From Eubacteriales bacterium (GTDB lineage: Bacteria > Bacillota > Clostridia > Peptostreptococcales > Anaerovoracaceae): a stretch of 64,000 bases of DNA. Shown in pieces: positions 57,604 to 64,000 of the stretch; positions within the stretch are counted from its first letter, which is position 1, and each line of letters starts with the position of its first letter. Both the position numbers and the translations under genes were made by a program. The DNA lies in NCBI GenBank assembly GCA_028692105.1, contig JAQUYC010000008.1, positions 2,097 through 66,096 on the forward strand, given 5' to 3'. The notes under the pieces are model-generated. The model did no database searches. It had not been told where the DNA came from and was given only the letters and a program-made list of their open reading frames with translations.

Positions 57604-58077
57604 ATGTTTGTCATCGGAGATAAAATTGTATATCCAATGCACGGCGCCGGGATCATTGAAGAGATAGAGGATAAGAAAATCTTAGGTGAAATAAGGCGAT
57701 ACTATATTCTCAGGGTACCGTGCGGAGATATGAAAATAATGATACCTGTAGAAAGCTGCAGGGAAATTGGGGTGAGATCTGTTATTTCTGTTGAAGAAAT
57801 AGAAGATGTTTTGAGTGTATTAAATGCGGAAACTTCAGAGATGTCAAGTAATTGGAACAGAAGATACAGGGAAAATATGGAGAAGCTTAAAACGGGAGAC
57901 GTCTATAATGTCGCAGAGGTCGTAAGAAATCTGATGCGCACAGATAAAGAAAAAAAGTTATCCACAGGCGAGAAAAAAATGCTTTCAAATGCGAAGCAGA
58001 TATTAATAAGTGAAATTATTTTGGTTGAGAATATCGATCAGGATTCTGCTGAGGATATTATAAATTCTGCCGTTTGA
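57604..58077 (+). CDS. carD: CarD/CdnL family transcriptional regulator
   Basis: MFVIGDKIVYPMHGAGIIEEIE...RYYILR (RNAP-interacting Tudor-like domain). Start at 57604 after GGAGGG. Confidence 0.9.
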   Translation: MFVIGDKIVYPMHGAGIIEEIEDKKILGEIRRYYILRVPCGDMKIMIPVESCREIGVRSVISVEEIEDVLSVLNAETSEMSSNWNRRYRENMEKLKTGDVYNVAEVVRNLMRTDKEKKLSTGEKKMLSNAKQILISEIILVENIDQDSAEDIINSAV

Positions 58078-58141
58078 CAGAATTTATAATTCAACACAGC
58101 GAAACCTGTGAAAAAAATAGCAGGGGGATTAAGGAGAGTTA

Positions 58142-59236
58142 ATGATAAAAAAAATATTAAGAATATTTTTCGGCTTGGTCGGAGTTGTATTCGGATATGG
58201 GATTTATTTATTATTGAGAGGTTTGATCGATTCGACAGGCTTAGTGGATAAAATTCTTGTGACAGAAACACAAAACCTCATTGCGTCGGTTATATGCTCA
58301 ATTATTTTCGGTATTATTTTCTTTTTATTAACACCCATATTTCGAAAAAAAGGCGCTAAATTAGCTAAGAACATCGAAACCGATTTGCAGAAGATACCCA
58401 CAAACGATATAGTATCGGGGACATTCGGATTGATAATCGGTCTTGTTATTGCTTTTTTGATAAGCCAGATATTCAGTGGACTATACTTCTTTGGTACGAT
58501 ACTTTCCATATTAACGTATATCTTTTTCGCTTACCTGGGGACACTGATAGCTACCAGAAAAGGAAAGGATATCATACCGGCCTGGCTTTCGGCGAGAAAG
58601 GGTTCGGTTCCAAAGACTAAAGGGAAAGGCAGCGATGCCACACCAAAGATATTTGATACCAGCGTAATCATTGACGGTAGAATCGCGGATATTATGAAAA
58701 CAGGTTTTATTGAGGGGAAAATTGTAATTCCTGAATTTGTGCTGGTAGAGCTTCGCCATATCGCAGACTCCTCTGATGGACTGAAAAGAAATCGTGGCCG
58801 CAGAGGTCTGGACATATTGAATAGGATACAGAGCGAATATGGTATAGAAATATATAATACCGGATCTGATAAGTCACTGGACGAAATCCCTGAAGTTGAT
58901 GTCAAGCTGCTAAAGCTCGCACAGCAAATAAACGGCAAGGTTGTCACCAATGATTTTAATCTGAACAAGGTGGCTATGATCAAAGGCGTTGAAGTCCTGA
59001 ATATAAATGAACTGGCCAATACTCTGAAACCGGTAGTGCTGCCGGGCGAGGATATGACGCTCTTCCTGGTCAAGGAAGGAAAGGAATCAAATCAGGCGGT
59101 TGCCTATCTGGATGACGGAACGATGATTGTTGTTGAGGAAGGCAGAAGGTTTATCGGTCAGACTATCAATGTAACGGTAACCAGCGTTTTACAGACCGCA
59201 GCAGGGAGAATGATCTTTGCTAAACCAAAGAGATAA
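58142..59236 (+). CDS. yacL: PIN/TRAM domain membrane protein (YacL-like)
   Basis: N-terminal TM helices. PIN domain (IFDTSVIIDGRI, VTNDFNLNKVA). C-terminal TRAM-like domain. Conserved position before ispD. Confidence 0.85.
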   Translation: MIKKILRIFFGLVGVVFGYGIYLLLRGLIDSTGLVDKILVTETQNLIASVICSIIFGIIFFLLTPIFRKKGAKLAKNIETDLQKIPTNDIVSGTFGLIIGLVIAFLISQIFSGLYFFGTILSILTYIFFAYLGTLIATRKGKDIIPAWLSARKGSVPKTKGKGSDATPKIFDTSVIIDGRIADIMKTGFIEGKIVIPEFVLVELRHIADSSDGLKRNRGRRGLDILNRIQSEYGIEIYNTGSDKSLDEIPEVDVKLLKLAQQINGKVVTNDFNLNKVAMIKGVEVLNINELANTLKPVVLPGEDMTLFLVKEGKESNQAVAYLDDGTMIVVEEGRRFIGQTINVTVTSVLQTAAGRMIFAKPKR

Positions 59237-59257
59237 ATATAGACAGGAAATAAAAGG

Positions 59258-60457
59258 ATGACAATAGAGAATAAAACCGCTGTCATAATTGCTGCCGCCG
59301 GCTCGGGAATGAGAATGGGCGGCGGTATTCCGAAACAATATAAAAATCTTGGCGGAATGTCGATTCTTGCAAGAACAGTGAAAGCGTTTGCTGTTTTGAA
59401 GGAAGTCCATCTTATTACAGTGGTGACCAATGAGAACTATTTGGACGACTGCAGGAAGGAGTTGGACAGCCTTGGACTGATGTCAAAGAACATTGAGATT
59501 CTATCCGGCGGACAGGAAAGACAGGATTCTATATATAACGCGATAAGGCGTCTCCCTGAGGACGTGCAGTTTGTGCTGGTACATGACGGGGTCCGGCCTT
59601 TTGTCACGACAGAATTGATACTGAAAACGATTGAGGCGGCAAAAACATATGGAGCTGCCGCTGTGGCTGTTCCGGTCAAGGATACAATTAAAATGGCAGA
59701 GGATGGTTTTCTGACAGATACATTGGATCGCCGTCATCTGTTTGCTATGCAGACTCCTCAAGGGTTTCGCAAAGAGTTACTGGTTCGTGCATACGAAGAA
59801 GCATATAAAAAGAATATTTACGGAACAGATGATGCTTTTCTTGTTGAAATAGCAGGCGAAAAAGTGTATGTTGTAAAAGGCAATTATTTCAATATTAAGA
59901 TCACAACATTAGAAGACATTGTGTTTGGAGAGGCTATATTGAATGGAAATAACCAGAATCGCATAAAGACAGGAATGCGTATAGGGACAGGTTATGATGT
60001 GCACAAATTGGTTCAAGGCCGCAAGCTGATCTTGGGAGGGGTTGAAATTCCATTTGAGACAGGACTTCTGGGTCATTCCGATGCGGATGTTCTGCTTCAT
60101 GCATTAATGGATGCTCTTCTTGGTGCAGCTGCCTTGGGTGATGTAGGAATACATTTCCCCGACAGTGATGACAGTTACCGCGGAGTATCCAGTCTTCTTC
60201 TTCTTTCGAAAGTAGGAAAACTGTTGGAAGAAAAGAGATATAAAATAGTAAATATTGATGCCACAGTCATTGCTCAAAGACCAAAAATATCTCCATATAT
60301 CGGTGAGATGATTTTAAGAATATCAGAAACGCTGGGTATCGAGGAAGACAAAGTAAATATAAAAGGCACTACGACAGAAAAGCTTGGTTTCTGTGGCAGG
60401 GAAGAAGGAATCGCGGCACAGGTATCAGTCTTGATCATAAGGAGAAACAATTTATGA
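59258..60457 (+). CDS. ispDF: Bifunctional 2-C-methyl-D-erythritol 4-phosphate cytidylyltransferase / 2-C-methyl-D-erythritol 2,4-cyclodiphosphate synthase
   Basis: IspD half ([24 protein letters not shown]). IspF half ([25 protein letters not shown]). Single frame. Confidence 0.92.
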   Translation: MTIENKTAVIIAAAGSGMRMGGGIPKQYKNLGGMSILARTVKAFAVLKEVHLITVVTNENYLDDCRKELDSLGLMSKNIEILSGGQERQDSIYNAIRRLPEDVQFVLVHDGVRPFVTTELILKTIEAAKTYGAAAVAVPVKDTIKMAEDGFLTDTLDRRHLFAMQTPQGFRKELLVRAYEEAYKKNIYGTDDAFLVEIAGEKVYVVKGNYFNIKITTLEDIVFGEAILNGNNQNRIKTGMRIGTGYDVHKLVQGRKLILGGVEIPFETGLLGHSDADVLLHALMDALLGAAALGDVGIHFPDSDDSYRGVSSLLLLSKVGKLLEEKRYKIVNIDATVIAQRPKISPYIGEMILRISETLGIEEDKVNIKGTTTEKLGFCGREEGIAAQVSVLIIRRNNL

Positions 60458-62187
60458 GACTATCAAAAATGTATATAAGAACATTAAGGGAAGTTCCAAC
60501 CGATGCTGAAATCCCAAGTCATATCTGGCTATTGCGTGCCGGGATGATCAGAAAACTGGTCTCGGGAGTCTATGGCTTTATGCCGTTGGGATTTCGTTCT
60601 GTTCGAAAAATTGAAGAAATCGTGCGGCAGGAAATGGATGTAAAGGGAGCGCAGGAAATTCATATGTCGGCATTGCAGCCGGCGGAGCTTTGGATGGAGT
60701 CCGGCAGATGGTATGCATACGGACCTGAAATGTGGAGGCTAAAGGATAGAAACGAAAGGGAATTTTGTCTGGGCCCTACACATGAGGAAATTTTTACAGA
60801 TATAGTAAGAAGCGAAGTGAGCTCTTATCGCCAGCTTCCACTTAATTTATATCAGATACAGACAAAATACCGGGATGAAAAAAGGCCTCGCTTCGGTTTG
60901 ATGAGAAGCCGTGAATTTGTCATGAAGGATGCTTATTCTTTTGACCGGGATTGGGAAAGCCTGGATCATAGCTACCGTGGAATGTATGAAGCTTATGAAA
61001 AGATTTTCACCCGATGCGGATTGGTTTTCCGTGCAGTAGAAGCGGATTCCGGAGCGATAGGAGGAAGTGTGTCGCACGAATTCACAGCTCTTTCGGATGT
61101 TGGAGAAAGCGAGATCGCATATTGTGAAAAGTGTGATATGGCCGCTACTACAGAGAGGGCAGCTTGTGTTGATGATATACCTTCTCAAGAATCGGAGCTG
61201 CCCATGGAAAAGGTGATGACGCCCGGAACCAAGACTATTGAAGATGTGGCTAACTTCCTGAATGTTGACAGGAAAAAGACGATAAAGGCGTTACTATTCA
61301 GGATCTATGGCGAAACGGATGAAATGGCATATTACGTTGCCGCATTTATAAGAGGCGATAGGGAATTGAATATGACAAAACTCATAAACGCACTCGGGAT
61401 TCCGGAGCATGCCATAGAATTTGCTGATGAGATTGAAATGTCAAAAGCAACAGGCTGCGTGGGAGGATTTACCGGACCGATCGGTCTGCATGACTGCAAA
61501 ATGGTCGTTGACAGTGAGCTTGTAGAGCAGAAGAACTTAGTTGCCGGGGCCTGCGAGGTCGATCATCATATTAAGAATGTAAATTATAACAGAGATTATA
61601 AAGGGGATATTATTACCGACCTTAAATTAATTAAGTACGGGGATAAATGTCCTGTGTGCGGTTCACCCATAAAGATAGCACGCGGAATAGAAGTCGGCCA
61701 GGTCTTCAAACTGGGTACAAAATACAGCAAGTCAATGGGGGCATACTATAAAGACGAGAATATGGAAGAACAGCTGATCTTGATGGGCTGTTATGGGATC
61801 GGAGTAACGAGGACGCTGGCGGCGATAGTTGAACAGCATCATGATGAAAACGGGATTATCTGGCCAATGTCTGTAGCTCCTTATCATGTTATAGTGACTA
61901 TAGTGAATTTGGAAGATGAAGTTCAAAATACGATAGCTGAGTCGATTTATAAGGAACTGCTTGAAAACGGTGTGGATGCGTTGATTGACGACCGAAAGGA
62001 ACGTCCGGGTGTAAAATTCAAGGATGCTGACATTCTTGGGATACCGGTGAGAATTACTGTTGGCAGGAAGGCTGCCGAAGGCATTGTAGAATATAAGATC
62101 AGGAAAGATGCAATAAATACGGAAATCAATGCTCATGATGCAGCGGGCATTGCTGTCGCATACGTTTCCGCCGAATTGAATAAATGA
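60454..62187 (+). CDS. proS: Prolyl-tRNA synthetase (bacterial type with INS editing domain)
   Basis: Class II motifs ([30 protein letters not shown]). INS domain between motifs 2 and 3. The ATGA start overlaps ispDF. Confidence 0.95.
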   Translation: MRLSKMYIRTLREVPTDAEIPSHIWLLRAGMIRKLVSGVYGFMPLGFRSVRKIEEIVRQEMDVKGAQEIHMSALQPAELWMESGRWYAYGPEMWRLKDRNEREFCLGPTHEEIFTDIVRSEVSSYRQLPLNLYQIQTKYRDEKRPRFGLMRSREFVMKDAYSFDRDWESLDHSYRGMYEAYEKIFTRCGLVFRAVEADSGAIGGSVSHEFTALSDVGESEIAYCEKCDMAATTERAACVDDIPSQESELPMEKVMTPGTKTIEDVANFLNVDRKKTIKALLFRIYGETDEMAYYVAAFIRGDRELNMTKLINALGIPEHAIEFADEIEMSKATGCVGGFTGPIGLHDCKMVVDSELVEQKNLVAGACEVDHHIKNVNYNRDYKGDIITDLKLIKYGDKCPVCGSPIKIARGIEVGQVFKLGTKYSKSMGAYYKDENMEEQLILMGCYGIGVTRTLAAIVEQHHDENGIIWPMSVAPYHVIVTIVNLEDEVQNTIAESIYKELLENGVDALIDDRKERPGVKFKDADILGIPVRITVGRKAAEGIVEYKIRKDAINTEINAHDAAGIAVAYVSAELNK

Positions 62188-62204
62188 GAAAATGAGAGAA
62201 AGAT

Positions 62205-62756
62205 ATGAAATTGCTCTTCGAACTTTTTTTCACATTTCTAAAAATAGGAACCTTTACGTTTGGCGGCGGCTATGCCATGCTGCCGCTGATCAGGAAGGCT
62301 GTGGTGGAAGAAAAAGCCTGGATGACTGACGATGAAATGGTTGACTGCCTGGCACTCAGTCAGTCCTTACCCGGCGTATTGGCTGTCAATACAGCAATTT
62401 ACATCGGCAATAAAAAAAGACGATTTATGGGAAGCCTTGCCGCAACATTTGGAGTGACGCTTCCCGCTTTTGTCAGTATTATTATAATTTTGCTGTTTCT
62501 TGACAGGATTGAAGAAAACATATACATGCTGGGTGCATTTGAAGGGATTAAGGCGGCATCGGCAGCTCTGATTGCAGTGGCAGCCTATAATTTGGGTAAA
62601 AGGATCCTGAAAGGCAAGTTTGAAATTCTGATTGCGGCAATATCCTTTATAATTATCGTATTTGCAGGGATTAACGCTGTCTGGGGCATTGTGTTCGGAG
62701 GTTTTGCCGGAATCGGCTCTTATTGGTACCGGCAGAAGAAAGGCGATATACGATGA
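62205..62756 (+). CDS. chrA: Chromate transporter family protein (short-chain CHR, first half-gene)
   Basis: FLKIGTFTFGGGYAMLPLI signature. Multiple TM helices. Confidence 0.85.
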   Translation: MKLLFELFFTFLKIGTFTFGGGYAMLPLIRKAVVEEKAWMTDDEMVDCLALSQSLPGVLAVNTAIYIGNKKRRFMGSLAATFGVTLPAFVSIIIILLFLDRIEENIYMLGAFEGIKAASAALIAVAAYNLGKRILKGKFEILIAAISFIIIVFAGINAVWGIVFGGFAGIGSYWYRQKKGDIR

Positions 62757-63325
62757 TGCCTTTCTTTAATTTGTTTGCTATTTTTTTCCAAATAGGTTTT
62801 TTTGGCTTCGGGGGCGGCTATGCGATGCTGCCTATGATTTTTCATCACGTGCAGCAATTTGGCATCATGACTGCTGCAGAATTTTCGAGATTGGTGGCTT
62901 TATCCCAGGTGACTCCGGGACCCATCGCAGTCAACGCAGCGACTTATGTCGGATACCGATATGCAGGGTTTGGCGGTGCTTTGATAGCAACTGTAGCTGT
63001 TGTGCTTCCGGCTTTTATTTTAGTTTTAATATCGATGCATTTTATAAAAAAATTTGAAGAGAGCAAGGCACTGGATGCAGTATTATACGGAATCCGACCT
63101 GCAACCTTAGGATTGATTGCCTCTGCTGTGATTTTTCTGTCTGAAACATCCATTTTGAATGGACCGATTATATCTGTCAGCCTCTTTGAAAATGCATCGG
63201 ATTATATAAATCGGCTCCCATTTGCATTTTTTATCGGTACAATCATACTGGCCGGAAAACTAAAAATCGGCCCGATAAAGCTTACACTTCTTGCGGGTGC
63301 AGCCGGAGCATTATTCATACGATAG
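62753..63325 (+). CDS. chrA: Chromate transporter family protein (short-chain CHR, second half-gene)
   Basis: FFQIGFFGFGGGYAMLPMI signature. The ATGATG start overlaps the upstream stop. The ORF track begins at 62723. Confidence 0.85.
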   Translation: MMPFFNLFAIFFQIGFFGFGGGYAMLPMIFHHVQQFGIMTAAEFSRLVALSQVTPGPIAVNAATYVGYRYAGFGGALIATVAVVLPAFILVLISMHFIKKFEESKALDAVLYGIRPATLGLIASAVIFLSETSILNGPIISVSLFENASDYINRLPFAFFIGTIILAGKLKIGPIKLTLLAGAAGALFIR

Positions 63326-63347
63326 ATTAGGGTATAGGTGTGTTAAT

Positions 63348-63803
63348 ATGTGGACAGGCGGCGTAAGGGTAGTTATACCCGATGAAGAGGGGAAAATCCT
63401 CTTTGTAAAGCAAAATCATGAGGGCAATGATATCTGGATGGTTCCGGGCGGCGGGATCGAAGAAGGCGAGAATTCTGCTGAAGCAGCAGTTCGGGAGGTA
63501 TTCGAGGAAACCGGGCTTAAGATTCGAATCATCAGGCTGTTGTGGCATGTCGAAGAGGTATCATTAAATAGGGGTCAGAGGTTTGTGAACTATTTTCTCG
63601 GTGAAATATCAGGGGGCAAGCTCGGCCTTGGAAGAGACCCGGAACTTGATGGCAATGGTCAGGTCCTTAGAGAAGTAATATTCCTGAGCAAAGTGGAAAT
63701 ACTCAACTTGGAAAGAGTACATCCCGAAAATCTCAAGAGAGAGCTTTGGGAAGCCTTGGAACCGCGGTATTATTCCAATGAGGTCTATAAGATTCGTAAA
63801 TAG
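63348..63803 (+). CDS. NUDIX hydrolase
   Basis: Nudix box GGGIEEGENSAEAAVREVFEETGL. Start at 63348 (MWTGGVRVV). The ORF track begins at 63291, inside the upstream gene. Confidence 0.82.
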   Translation: MWTGGVRVVIPDEEGKILFVKQNHEGNDIWMVPGGGIEEGENSAEAAVREVFEETGLKIRIIRLLWHVEEVSLNRGQRFVNYFLGEISGGKLGLGRDPELDGNGQVLREVIFLSKVEILNLERVHPENLKRELWEALEPRYYSNEVYKIRK

Positions 63804-63874
63804 AAGCCTTTCTGGATGTGTTCCCTTTGGAAACCGCCGTTTTTGTATATTATATGGAGTATGGAGGAGAAGGT

Positions 63875-64000
63875 ATGAAGATTGTTCGAATTGAAATGGA
63901 AAATGGAGATGTGATGCGTGCAGAGCTGTATCCTGAAATTGCCCCTGAAACAGTGAGGAATTTTACTGATTTAGTGGAAAAGGGTTTCTATGATGGATTG
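63875..64000 (+). CDS. Cyclophilin-type peptidyl-prolyl cis-trans isomerase, 5' part (runs off the window)
   Basis: MKIVRIEMENGDVMRAELYPEIAPETVRNFTDLVEKGFYDGL. SD GGAGGAGAAGG. Confidence 0.8.
   Translation, partial: MKIVRIEMENGDVMRAELYPEIAPETVRNFTDLVEKGFYDGL

Noticed and set aside
62205-63325. Split chromate transporter as a possible pseudogenised chrA.
   Set aside because: Paired short-chain CHR genes with overlapping stop and start are a known functional arrangement, for example the Bacillus ywrA/ywrB-type pairs. Both halves carry the intact GGGYAMLP signature.
1-64000. CRISPR arrays, IS elements, integrases, prophage genes and known defence systems.
   Set aside because: I saw no regularly spaced direct repeats. 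No transposase, recombinase or phage-structural motifs appear in any ORF of the six-frame track. The only mobility-related signal is the tRNA remnant reported as a finding.

Overview
The window looks like a chromosomal segment of a spore-forming Bacillota (Clostridia-like) genome. It is about 40% G+C by eye and is dominated by core housekeeping genes in a Bacillus-like order: metG-tatD, spoIIE-tilS-ftsH, coaX-dusB-greA-lysS-asnS, radA, and carD-yacL-ispDF-proS. It contains a complete FMN-riboswitch-controlled riboflavin operon (ribD-ribE-ribBA-ribH). It also contains a complete histidine operon (hisZG fusion, then D-C-B-H-A-F-IE) and an Rrf2 regulator next to a metNIQ methionine transporter. 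I found no rRNA, no intact tRNA, no CRISPR array, no transposase or integrase, and no recognisable known defence system. Several non-core items deserve a second look. (1) A GC-rich, codon-usage-outlier 1290-aa SLH surface protein ends next to a 5'-truncated tRNA-Ala-like remnant and an inverted copy of that tRNA's 3' end. (2) There are two clear gene remnants, a rhodanese C-terminus and an internally deleted O-acetylhomoserine sulfhydrylase. (3) A 389-aa protein of unknown function is built from two tandem copies of a ~190-aa helical module. (4) A four-domain CoADR-rhodanese-TusA-DsrE persulfide-relay protein is present. (5) A dPGM-family histidine phosphatase sits directly upstream of a his operon that lacks a histidinol-phosphatase gene. 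(6) A self-promoted two-gene cassette (unknown 159-aa protein plus a minimal GIY-YIG nuclease) is wedged between metNIQ and metG. (7) A repeat-containing element with alternative pairings lies between metG and tatD. None of these can be shown to be a novel system from sequence alone, and all functional proposals are inference.
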